Shown piece after piece: positions 1 through 7,661 of a DNA stretch of 48,591 nucleotides. The notes beneath the pieces were generated by a model. The model had not been told where the DNA came from. It searched no databases and saw only the letters and a program-made list of their open reading frames with translations. This stretch comes from a virus (lineage: Duplodnaviria; Caudoviricetes). The DNA is taken from positions 1 to 48,591 of the IMG/VR virus record IMGVR_UViG_3300012038_000021; one strand, written 5' to 3'. The position numbers and the translations under genes were made by a program. The number at the start of each line of letters is the position of its first letter. The stretch's first letter is position 1.

Positions 1-19
1 CATTCCTTTACTTGCATCA
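1..19. repeat. Terminal direct overlap, copy 1 (circular/permuted contig)
   Basis: cattcctttacttgcatca at 1-19 is identical to 48573-48591, and the polymerase ORF reads in frame across the join. Confidence 0.95.
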
Positions 20-477
20 TGGTCCCCGGAATCATCAGATGATCTAATTAGATGATTCGGTGAGATCGTTGCTACTACCTTGCAATCTCCTACTTGCGAC
101 GGAAGAATTGAACCTCTGTAATTAAGATACTTACTAACTCCAGTAACCGTCTCAAGTGCGACAGGCCCAACAGCAAGTATACAGTTAGGATTAATAGATA
201 GTATTTCCTTGTAGAGTCTTTCCTTTTCTTCCTCTTCATCACAAACCGTCTTGATTTGTTTAGCATCGTTGAAGGGAGGTTTGTAACGGTATACATATGT
301 CAACCAGAACTCTGTTCTCCAACTAGGATAACCTAAGTCAGTAAAGATTCTGTCTAAGAGTTCTCCACCTGCACCATTGAAAGGTTTCTGTAGCCGGTCG
401 TCTGATTGATTTGGAAAGTCACCTAATACTATCAGCTTACTATATGGATTCCCTTGCCCGCTTACCATGTTAGGCAT
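1..477 (-). CDS. N-terminal uracil-DNA glycosylase (family 4)-like domain of the DNA polymerase; continues into 48575..46569 (about 826 aa in total)
   Basis: Hand translation from ATG 477 gives MPNMVSGQGNPYSKLIVLGDFPNQSDDRLQKPFNGAGGELLDRIF...INPNCILAVGPVAL...RGSI...KVVATISP with no stop. Codon 1-3 is the same ATG as 48573-48575. The track misses it because of the contig break. Confidence 0.85.
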   Translation of the reverse strand, partial: MPNMVSGQGNPYSKLIVLGDFPNQSDDRLQKPFNGAGGELLDRIFTDLGYPSWRTEFWLTYVYRYKPPFNDAKQIKTVCDEEEEKERLYKEILSINPNCILAVGPVALETVTGVSKYLNYRGSILPSQVGDCKVVATISPNHLIRSSDDSGDHDASKGM

Positions 478-478
478 C

Positions 479-1006
479 TTATTGTGCTTCTTCTCCTATC
501 CACTTATCTTGTTCTTTCTTTAATGCCTCTTGTAATAACTTATTCTCTTTAGTCAGCCGGTCGATTTCCGCGAGGGCGGCGTCTCGCTGGGTTCTCGCCT
601 CGATCAATTCAGCAGCCATCTCTGCCACGCCAGCGCATCCGGTCAAGGTTAAGGCGCGTTGAACGGTGGGCGAGACGACAGGATTCCACGGTGCGTTCAT
701 TGATGCCTTGCGGTGCGTCTCGGTGAATGGCGCGTCGGTCATGGCGTCACCATCTTCGGGATGGGCAATCTCAAACAGTCCATCTAAATGCTTTCGCATG
801 TCTTCGTTCTCTTTCGTCAGCCGTGCCATCTCGGCATTATAATCTTTCTTCGCAATACATTCAGTATTTTCACATGCCTTCGCTACCACTCGCAGTTCAT
901 CTCTCTCCTTTCTTAGTTCCTCATGTGAATCACAGAGTAACTCGATGTGACTGTTCTTAGCACTACTCCGCTTAAACATTTTTACTTTGTCTTCTGAGTA
1001 AATCAT
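479..1006 (-). CDS. Hypothetical mosaic coiled-coil protein
   Basis: 175-aa ORF sharing segments with 1057-1137, 1134-1427 and 1433-1795. Confidence 0.65.
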   Translation of the reverse strand: MIYSEDKVKMFKRSSAKNSHIELLCDSHEELRKERDELRVVAKACENTECIAKKDYNAEMARLTKENEDMRKHLDGLFEIAHPEDGDAMTDAPFTETHRKASMNAPWNPVVSPTVQRALTLTGCAGVAEMAAELIEARTQRDAALAEIDRLTKENKLLQEALKKEQDKWIGEEAQ

Positions 1007-1056
1007 TCCTTAATCTCCTATTTCTTCTAGCCCTATTTAAACAGGTTCTACATCCT

Positions 1057-1137
1057 CTAGTCCTTGAGGGCGGCGTCGAACGCTTCCGCAGACCGCTCTG
1101 TCTCTGGATGAGGAATCCAAAACGGCGCGTCGGTCAT
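1057..1137 (-). CDS. Small hypothetical protein (MTDAPFWIPH...)
   Basis: GGAG RBS and an ATGA overlap with the stop of 1134-1427. Confidence 0.4.
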   Translation of the reverse strand: MTDAPFWIPHPETERSAEAFDAALKD

Positions 1138-1427
1138 GGCGTCTCCGTCTGAAAGGGACAATTCTTGCTGCAAGGTTCTGCCTGTTCTGTTGTGGGCGTA
1201 TTGTGGTCGCCGTAGTCCACCTGCTTGAGTGACCCACAACTGCGACATTTGAACTTCCCATACCCAAGATTCTCGTACTGAAACATCCGCAGTTTGATCA
1301 CTCGCGTACGCAGCCGCTCGATCTCTTTGAGTGCCGCATGGGCTGCTTGCTGTCCGAAGTACGGATTGCGTGGATTGGCAATCTTCGTTAGCGTCTCGCG
1401 GTGCGTCTCGGTGAACTCATTACTCAT
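1134..1427 (-). CDS. Hypothetical protein with Cys pairs (CRSC, CSKNC), possible Zn finger
   Basis: 97-aa ORF with AGGAG RBS; GC-rich. Confidence 0.65.
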   Translation of the reverse strand: MSNEFTETHRETLTKIANPRNPYFGQQAAHAALKEIERLRTRVIKLRMFQYENLGYGKFKCRSCGSLKQVDYGDHNTPTTEQAEPCSKNCPFQTETP

Positions 1428-1432
1428 AATAC

Positions 1433-1795
1433 TTACTCCTTAACTGTCTCTCTCACTGTAGCTTTCTCTAATACTAAGACTCTAACTCTCTCAAGAAGAT
1501 AGTCTCTCTCCTTTCTTAGTTCCTCATGTGAATCACAAAGGTGTTCAATGTGACTGTTCTTAGCAGTAGCCTGTCTAAATGATTTGACTTGCTCTGACGA
1601 GTAGATCATTGTTGTTTGTCTCCCAGTATTTAACCATTCTGCATACTCTTGTAGCTTTAGTTCTGCTAGTTCTTTTGTTTCATATGGACCGTAGCATTGT
1701 GATTCTGTTTCATCCCAAAAGTACCAGCCGGGTCCATCAAATCCTTGTGCATCGGCATCATGCCAATCCTTACCATGTGCATAATAGTAAACCAC
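1433..1795 (-). CDS. Hypothetical protein (GWYFWDE...GPY module fused to a coiled-coil module)
   Basis: 120-aa ORF abutting its neighbours; C-terminal half resembles the start of 479-1006. Confidence 0.7.
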   Translation of the reverse strand: MVYYYAHGKDWHDADAQGFDGPGWYFWDETESQCYGPYETKELAELKLQEYAEWLNTGRQTTMIYSSEQVKSFRQATAKNSHIEHLCDSHEELRKERDYLLERVRVLVLEKATVRETVKE

Positions 1796-2218
1796 TCAAT
1801 CCTCCAGACCCCAACAATATCCATTGGGACTAATAACAAACACTTCCTTCTCATTCTGAATGGCATAACGAATAGTCTTCCATGCCGGAGAGTCTTCATA
1901 CTCATTGAATATCTGAGGGATACCAACAATGATTCCACACTCATCAATCATCCTCTTGTTACGTTCTCGGAGAGGGAGAGAAGCATTAATCTTCTTAGCT
2001 CCACTGAACTTCTCTACCTCTCCATTGTTACCGGCATGAGGGTATACCTCTACTTCAAACCCTTGTCCCATTAGTGTAAGGAATAGGTCATAGTCTGCAT
2101 CGTCTCCACCTACAATGAATGTATGTGTGTCCTTACTGAACGTAGGAAGCAACTGCCTAAATGCTTCTAACTGCTTCCTCGTAATATCAAACCGGCTGGT
2201 AATTACTGAGATTTTCAT
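1796..2218 (-). CDS. SLOG (YspA/DprA-like) Rossmannoid protein
   Basis: Pattern ISVITSR...VGG..AD...RNKRMID...S.AWKTIRYA...KEVFVI. Confidence 0.6.
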   Translation of the reverse strand: MKISVITSRFDITRKQLEAFRQLLPTFSKDTHTFIVGGDDADYDLFLTLMGQGFEVEVYPHAGNNGEVEKFSGAKKINASLPLRERNKRMIDECGIIVGIPQIFNEYEDSPAWKTIRYAIQNEKEVFVISPNGYCWGLED

Positions 2219-2517
2219 GACTCTAAGAATCTCCTCATCTTATGTTTCTTTTGTAGGTAACGATAAGCGGTATTCCTATTCCTACACCGTTCTATTTCTG
2301 GATACGTTTTCATGCCTGCCGCTAACAGAACGCTAACACCTATCCAACTTTTACTTTTGTTACATAGCTTAGCCATTGACCTTACCGTTGTTACCTTACC
2401 TGCACTGTTGAGCTTGTCCATCAACTCAGATAAGGTATTGATTTCAAGAACCCAGTCTTTCGGTTCTTTTAGAGTTCTGATTAACTCAGTTATCTTCTCG
2501 TAAGCTGATGGGTCCAT
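2215..2517 (-). CDS. HTH DNA-binding protein
   Basis: HTH-like TVRSMAKLCNKSKSWIGVSV; basic C-terminus. Confidence 0.55.
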   Translation of the reverse strand: MDPSAYEKITELIRTLKEPKDWVLEINTLSELMDKLNSAGKVTTVRSMAKLCNKSKSWIGVSVLLAAGMKTYPEIERCRNRNTAYRYLQKKHKMRRFLES

Positions 2518-2520
2518 AAC

Positions 2521-2667
2521 TTAAACGGGCCAGGGAATCATTGAAGCAGTAAGAAACGCTAGACCTGCTGCAATTAAACGTTGTTGGTAAGGTGCTCCTA
2601 ATGGTAGTGCTGCAATTGTAAAGCATACAAATGCAAACACTAGCAGTAGCAATTGAATCATCTTCAT
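2521..2667 (-). CDS. Small two-TM membrane protein (48 aa), possibly holin-like
   Basis: AGGAG RBS then MKMIQLLLLVFAFVCFTIAAL...RLIAAGLAFLTASMIPW. Confidence 0.6.
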   Translation of the reverse strand: MKMIQLLLLVFAFVCFTIAALPLGAPYQQRLIAAGLAFLTASMIPWPV

Positions 2668-2686
2668 TGTCTTTTCTCCTTGGTAA

Positions 2687-2768
2687 TGGGATCGATGGGA
2701 GTCGAACCCATATGGTTTGCACCGTTGGATTTTAAGTCCAATGCGTATACCTGTTCCGCCACGATCCC
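2687..2768 (-). tRNA. trnL: tRNA-Leu (anticodon UAA), CCA not encoded directly after the discriminator
   Basis: Acceptor GGGATCG/CGATCCC, D-loop GG, anticodon arm TTGGA-CTTAAAA-TCCAA, long variable arm, T arm ATGGG-TTCGACT-CCCAT, discriminator A. Confidence 0.92.
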
Positions 2769-2775
2769 ATATCAC

Positions 2776-2876
2776 TATCCTTTAAAGAGGGAACAATCAG
2801 TTGGGGCTGTCCCGGCCCAGTTAATAGCCACGGTCTTTAACTATTAACTACCTATTGTTCCCTCATTAAAGGATAC
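2776..2876 (-). ncRNA. Putative structured RNA (22-bp closing stem with internal hairpins) upstream of the tRNA
   Basis: tatcctttaaagagggaacaat ... attgttccctcattaaaggata inverted repeat with one mismatch, enclosing agttaatag/ctattaact. Confidence 0.45.
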
Positions 2877-2959
2877 TCGATGGAGTCTAGGAGCATCATC
2901 CTAGAGTAGAGCCGCTGGCGATTCCGAGTGTATTGCCAACCATCCATTTGCTTACTCAC

Positions 2960-3361
2960 CTATTCGCTAGGAATCGGAGCGTAGTCATCAATCTGATTGA
3001 CTGGCTTGTTGTTGTACGTTCCCCGAACCCAATGAGCAAGGAACTTTTTCCCAATCATTGTCCCTTTGGAAAGCTTAACGCTAAAGCTTCCATTGGGATT
3101 CTGCGGAAACCCACAAGCCTTCATCAGAGGAGTAGACATTACTGTCACCTTCTCACTGAAGTAGATGAAGGGATTCTCTAGTCCCTTATACTCACCTGCA
3201 AACACTCGCAGAGTAAGATGAAGGTTCTTGGAATCGCCAGACTTTGAATCAATAATCTCAAAGTCAGTAATCTCAGTGGGCAACCACGATGGAGCATCCA
3301 CAAGACGGTTCTTGCTAATGTCATCTTCGGAAATGTTCCAGACAATGCTATCGTCAGCCAT
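2960..3361 (-). CDS. Putative single-stranded DNA-binding protein (DUF669-like)
   Basis: Beta-rich pattern (EITDFE...KSGDSKNLHLTLRV..GEYKG...GKKF....GTYNNKPVNQI) and position downstream of the AAA_24 ATPase and nuclease. Confidence 0.55.
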   Translation of the reverse strand: MADDSIVWNISEDDISKNRLVDAPSWLPTEITDFEIIDSKSGDSKNLHLTLRVFAGEYKGLENPFIYFSEKVTVMSTPLMKACGFPQNPNGSFSVKLSKGTMIGKKFLAHWVRGTYNNKPVNQIDDYAPIPSE

Positions 3362-3362
3362 G

Positions 3363-3572
3363 TTATTCACCTTTACTTTGTGCCTCTTTGTAATGGGCAC
3401 CTTGCTTTACCCTTGCCCCCGGAATTGGGTGACTAAAGGTAATCCTTTGATTGAACTCATTAATCATTTTACTAAGTTTTTTATTCCACTCAGGAATATG
3501 ATTAGGGCAAGAACTCGGTTCTGGCAATGGTGAAGAATAAAATCTACCACACCACTCACAGTTATAAATCAC
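3363..3572 (-). CDS. Small Cys-rich hypothetical protein
   Basis: CEWC...CPNH. Confidence 0.5.
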   Translation of the reverse strand: MIYNCEWCGRFYSSPLPEPSSCPNHIPEWNKKLSKMINEFNQRITFSHPIPGARVKQGAHYKEAQSKGE

Positions 3573-3582
3573 AAGTAATCCT

Positions 3583-3813
3583 TTATTTCTTAACTTGTGG
3601 TGTCTGTATATCTTCTCTAAAGATAACTTGTCTTGCCTCTATACATTCAGGACAAATAAGAATTGCCCTAATTACAGTATCCTTTGGTACTTCTGAAGTA
3701 ACAGATTTTTGACAGAAGTAACAAGAGTATCTCATTGTCTTAACCTTATGACACTCGCAGTCACAAGGATTACAGTAATCATGTATACCAGTAGAACAAT
3801 CTACAGACTTCAC
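3583..3813 (-). CDS. Small Cys-rich hypothetical protein
   Basis: CNPCDCECH, CYFC, CPEC. Confidence 0.55.
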   Translation of the reverse strand: MKSVDCSTGIHDYCNPCDCECHKVKTMRYSCYFCQKSVTSEVPKDTVIRAILICPECIEARQVIFREDIQTPQVKK

Positions 3814-4592
3814 AAGTAATCTTTCATCAAATCATACAGGTTCTTATCTGTATAATCAATAGCCGGTGGAAAAGACTTTGCTGTCTTAGCTTCCAAGTAA
3901 TCATCACATGGAGAGGTATAACATACTCTCTTAATGTATGTCTTTCCCTTGTCATCAGCTTCTAATCTGTAGTCCATGTACCAAACTTCATCGAAGTAAG
4001 TGGGAATGATTGATTCAATCTTAGGTCCGAACGTAGTGATTGAAGAATACTTAACAGACTTTGTTCCTTCAATCTTAGTTCTTTGAACCGGGTGTGCGGT
4101 AACGAACAGGTTACACTTGAAAGCTTTCAACATTTCCAACACGAGAGACATAAGCATTGCCTCTCCATTGAACTCATCCCAACCGGGCACCATTACTCCG
4201 CCGGTTGTAATCTTTGAACCTTTATCCTCTCTCTTAAACCAGTTATCAAAGCCACCCTTTGCCATCATTTGTGTCATAACAGTGCAGTTAGACATTGAAG
4301 TAATGCCATCACAAAGGATGTTAGCGTAAGGATTGTGAGTCCCTAGATTATTCATTAGCGGTTTGAAAACGGACCAGAAGTTCTTAGCCGTAATAGATTC
4401 TACGTCAAAGTCTCCAGCCGCTACCCGTTCAGGAAACCAATCAATGATAGGTCTATGTCTATCATCAAAGTCTAAGACTAACGTTCTACCCGGCCAGCTA
4501 GCTGCACCAATAGTCTTTCCTCTTCCAGTTGGAGCGACTAGCAAAGCCTTAACAAACTTCTCGTACTTCTCTGAATTTAAATTAGTGGGCAC
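3810..4592 (-). CDS. AAA_24 / Sak4-like P-loop ATPase (recombination)
   Basis: Walker A APTGRGKT, LVLDFD, DGITSM, FVTAH, YFDEVWY; clustered with nuclease and SSB. Confidence 0.75.
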   Translation of the reverse strand: MPTNLNSEKYEKFVKALLVAPTGRGKTIGAASWPGRTLVLDFDDRHRPIIDWFPERVAAGDFDVESITAKNFWSVFKPLMNNLGTHNPYANILCDGITSMSNCTVMTQMMAKGGFDNWFKREDKGSKITTGGVMVPGWDEFNGEAMLMSLVLEMLKAFKCNLFVTAHPVQRTKIEGTKSVKYSSITTFGPKIESIIPTYFDEVWYMDYRLEADDKGKTYIKRVCYTSPCDDYLEAKTAKSFPPAIDYTDKNLYDLMKDYL

Positions 4593-4595
4593 TCG

Positions 4596-4916
4596 TTAAC
4601 CTCTTGGCAATATAGACTGCATTAATACATCGATTGCATTACTAACTCTTTCTTTCTTCTTAGCCAGCCGGGCCGGAGTTTTAGTACAATCATCACAATG
4701 AGGCCGGACGATTATCCTATCTCCATGCTTCAACTTACTTAGCTTCATAATAAACAAATCACCACACCGATTACACTCTGCCTGTTTACCTTCTACTAAT
4801 TCAACCCTTATGTGATGTGTGCATGTTTGTTTAGTGCAAATGTAAACCATGTAAGGTGGTTTACTAGGGTCACGAGTTAAGTCTTTCAGCTTGTATTTAT
4901 GTAAGCACTTCGCCAT
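4596..4916 (-). CDS. Zn-finger hypothetical protein
   Basis: CLH, C...CTH, CNRC, HCDDC. Confidence 0.6.
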   Translation of the reverse strand: MAKCLHKYKLKDLTRDPSKPPYMVYICTKQTCTHHIRVELVEGKQAECNRCGDLFIMKLSKLKHGDRIIVRPHCDDCTKTPARLAKKKERVSNAIDVLMQSILPRG

Positions 4917-5778
4917 TAACTTCACTCTCTTGTCTATGAGCACTCCACTTAGGTCCAATGTGGAAGTGTTCCTGAATCTTTCGTGTCATTTCCTCATCAT
5001 TCTCACTGTTGCAAATCTTGTTGTAGATACACTTGGCACACTGAGTTAATCCAACCGGAGGAGTCTTAAGATGTGATTGCGGCCAAACATTTGATTGGAT
5101 ATTGTGGTCTAATATCTTTGCCCACATGATGGTATTCTTTAACCATCTTTCCTTTACTCCGTCTCCGATTGGAATAGCTACTCTTCTAAACTTCTTCTCC
5201 GGTTCATAACTCCTTTGTAATCCTACCTCATTAATGTAGACTAGGTTAACATCTTCCTTAACCGCATAGCCAATCAATTGATTATCTAATCCAATGTAAT
5301 CGGCCTTCTGTTGTCTCCACTTGTGGTCAACGATTGACTTCCCAAGTATAGGAAACTCAGCGGTTAAATCTATTTTTCCCTCGTAGACTATGATTAGTTC
5401 CTCGTCTTCGTAGACTACGAAAGAGAATGAATCTTCAACACCGAGTATCTTAATGCCATCGAACTGGTAATACTTAGTGTATTGATGGAAGGTTTTAACA
5501 ATCCATTCACTTGTTTGTAAGTCTAGGCTAAGTGATTGGTAGTGTTCTCTTCCTACCTCAGTAGCTTTCTCTACCGCTTCGTTCCATTCATAACCTTTCT
5601 GTAGTAATTTATAGTAGGTTTCCAACATGGTATGTCCTAAGTCACCACGTTGCATTGGTTGGATTATCTCATTGGGTCGATAGTTCTTCATGAAATTCAG
5701 ATAGGTATAGAAAGGACACTTCTGAATCGCATCTAGTATTTGACTATCTAATGCAAGTATTCTTTTATCGTCACTCAT
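4897..5778 (-). CDS. PD-(D/E)XK (Cas4/RecB-like) exonuclease
   Basis: KCP, G..GH, VE, EGKIDL, IVDHK, QLIGY, C-terminal CAKC....IC (Fe-S-type cysteines). Confidence 0.8.
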   Translation of the reverse strand: MSDDKRILALDSQILDAIQKCPFYTYLNFMKNYRPNEIIQPMQRGDLGHTMLETYYKLLQKGYEWNEAVEKATEVGREHYQSLSLDLQTSEWIVKTFHQYTKYYQFDGIKILGVEDSFSFVVYEDEELIIVYEGKIDLTAEFPILGKSIVDHKWRQQKADYIGLDNQLIGYAVKEDVNLVYINEVGLQRSYEPEKKFRRVAIPIGDGVKERWLKNTIMWAKILDHNIQSNVWPQSHLKTPPVGLTQCAKCIYNKICNSENDEEMTRKIQEHFHIGPKWSAHRQESEVNGEVLT

Positions 5779-5789
5779 AGTAAGTAACC

Positions 5790-5818
5790 AGTGTAGCACA
5801 CAAATCAAACTTTGTCAA
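5790..5818 (-). promoter_or_regulatory. Sigma70-type promoter with very short leader
   Basis: TTGACA-N17-TACACT with extended -10 TG, just upstream of ATG 5778. Confidence 0.7.
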
Positions 5819-6074
5819 GTTGCCTCCTTCTTTAGTTGAAAGAATGTAATAGCTTTATTGATTAACCGGGAGGCAAGGATTCCAGCCGTCACCGGGAAGA
5901 AAACATGCGTCAGATTGCCCTTAGAACCTGCTAGGATAGGCTAGGACAAGGGTTCAGGCACCGAAGGCTACTGGAAGTAGGTCAGCCGGCGGAACGCTTG
6001 TCTAATGGGGTTTAAATCGTCCCAATGTAGGGACAATGTAAGGACAAAGAATCACACTAACTTATAACTTTACA

Positions 6075-6115
6075 AATAGAAAAGGGATGAGAGATTGTTA
6101 GTCTCCCATCCCTTT
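6075..6115 (-). terminator. Intrinsic terminator
   Basis: AAAGGGATGGGAGA...TCTCTCATCCCTTTT after 6137-6679. Confidence 0.75.
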
Positions 6116-6136
6116 GTGTCGGTATTGATTAGTTAC

Positions 6137-6679
6137 TTAGGCAGCCGCGTTCTGAGCCTGCTTCTTGAGAAGCATTCCCTTAATGAGTTCCGCTGCATCA
6201 AGGATTGAAACTCCCGTTCCTCGATTCAACTGTCGAGCAGTCCTCTTGAACACTGTCTTCTGTTCCTCGTTCATTGACATATCACGAAGGAAGTCGTCAA
6301 GCTCATCCTTATTCGCTTCCAGATTGTATGCCCGTTCATTGAATCCCTCGGCAAAGCAATCCAAAAGGATTTGCTCATCACCATTCACAAGAGAAAGGGC
6401 ATCAACCATTCCATCCCCTTGTGCATCAAGAACACCTTCGGTAACAAACTCCTGAATCTTTTCCTTAACGTAAATGAGTTTGCCTTCGGCATCCTTTTCA
6501 AGTGGAAGCCTTACCTCTTCACCCTTCTCATCCAGCTTCTTTGTTCCATCATCGTTATAAGCTGGCCGGGTGTCTCGTTCAATATCCTTTTCCACCCACT
6601 TACCGATTGCCTTATAGGTAATCTGTCGGCTGTTAACGCCACGGGTGTTCTTTACACGCTCGATAAGTTCGATAGCCAT
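6137..6679 (-). CDS. Hypothetical protein, monocistronic
   Basis: 180 aa, between its own promoter and terminator. Confidence 0.75.
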   Translation of the reverse strand: MAIELIERVKNTRGVNSRQITYKAIGKWVEKDIERDTRPAYNDDGTKKLDEKGEEVRLPLEKDAEGKLIYVKEKIQEFVTEGVLDAQGDGMVDALSLVNGDEQILLDCFAEGFNERAYNLEANKDELDDFLRDMSMNEEQKTVFKRTARQLNRGTGVSILDAAELIKGMLLKKQAQNAAA

Positions 6680-6795
6680 TTTGTTTTCTCTTTTCCTATA
6701 CACTAAAGATGTTTGAGTGAATCCCAACCATCGTGTAACTCTTACACTATCCTGCCGGAGACTAATCAGGATTGACTAGCCTCCGGCCTGTTACC

Positions 6796-6825
6796 ATTCT
6801 AGCATACTTCGATTGCCGCTGTCAA
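6796..6825 (-). promoter_or_regulatory. Sigma70-type promoter
   Basis: TTGACA-N18-TAGAAT with extended -10 TG. Confidence 0.65.
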
Positions 6826-6877
6826 CTGTCCCCAAACGTGGACAACTTGAACCTTCTCCTTATACCTTCTCCCTATA

Positions 6878-7201
6878 TTAATCGTCAAGTGATTCTAACA
6901 CGTCCGCAAAATCGTCAAGCGTAGAAGGAGTATTCAAGTCTTCCACCCATTCTATTTCACTTTCGTATGGGCAAAGCTTGCAATACTCTTTATCCATTAC
7001 ACTGTAATCTTCTGTCTTGATTACCTTGCAATCCTGTGTCTTGTATTCGTTCTCTCCTTCCTCTTGGCCTTTGAAGAGCGTAAGGCCAAGATATTTGTTG
7101 TGACTACAGGGAAACAAGACTGCTACTGCATGGCCCAGTCTTCTGTTTCTCTTACTACGGTGAACATGAATCTCAATGACTCTTGTTTGTGGTCTCTTCA
7201 T
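6878..7201 (-). CDS. Hypothetical protein
   Basis: 107-aa ORF with AGGAG RBS. Confidence 0.65.
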   Translation of the reverse strand: MKRPQTRVIEIHVHRSKRNRRLGHAVAVLFPCSHNKYLGLTLFKGQEEGENEYKTQDCKVIKTEDYSVMDKEYCKLCPYESEIEWVEDLNTPSTLDDFADVLESLDD

Positions 7202-7208
7202 GTTACTC

Positions 7209-7463
7209 CTAGTGAATGATTAGGTCGTCATTACCGCCAGCTATAGAATGGAAGGTGTGCATTAACGCATCTACTTCTATTAGCTTGGCTTGGTAATGAG
7301 CATGTTCTCTGTTAGCAATCCTTAACATCTCAAGAGGGTCGTCAGTATTCTTTAAGATGCTAACGATTGTTTGATTCTGAACTGTAACAATCTGTTGATA
7401 AAGATTACATATCTTAATCAGCAAACTGTTTAGACTTGTTATCACTTCCAATTCGTCTTTCAA
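7209..7463 (-). CDS. Hypothetical protein
   Basis: 84-aa ORF in the operon. Confidence 0.5.
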   Translation of the reverse strand: MKDELEVITSLNSLLIKICNLYQQIVTVQNQTIVSILKNTDDPLEMLRIANREHAHYQAKLIEVDALMHTFHSIAGGNDDLIIH

Positions 7464-7638
7464 CTATCTCCTCCAGTAATCTGATTCGGATTTCAAACTG
7501 TTGTTTCATCCGAACATTCATACGGATAGCAGTCATAAGACTATTCAAGTTAGCATCACCCCACAATCTCTTTACTCTGGTTGCGAATACGTTAATCTCT
7601 CCTTCTGTCATTGGTTGAATCATGTATTTGTTATTCAT
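7414..7638 (-). CDS. Hypothetical protein
   Basis: 74-aa ORF with AAGGA RBS. Confidence 0.6.
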   Translation of the reverse strand: MNNKYMIQPMTEGEINVFATRVKRLWGDANLNSLMTAIRMNVRMKQQFEIRIRLLEEIVERRIGSDNKSKQFAD

Positions 7639-7650
7639 CGTTTCCTTTCA

Positions 7651-7661
7651 GCGCGAAGCGC
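7651..7661. promoter_or_regulatory. Recurrent mini-hairpin GCGC-GAA-GCGC abutting a stop codon
   Basis: Identical 11-mer at 10731 and 12307. Confidence 0.6.

Noticed and set aside
90-296. 68-aa minus-strand ORF
   Set aside because: Alternative frame inside the UDG-like polymerase N-terminus.
2521-2775. 84-aa ORF in the track
   Set aside because: Its 5' part runs through the tRNA; the supported start is ATG 2667.
4897-5778. Cas4-like nuclease as part of a CRISPR-Cas system
   Set aside because: No array or other cas genes; context is a phage nuclease-ATPase-SSB recombination module.
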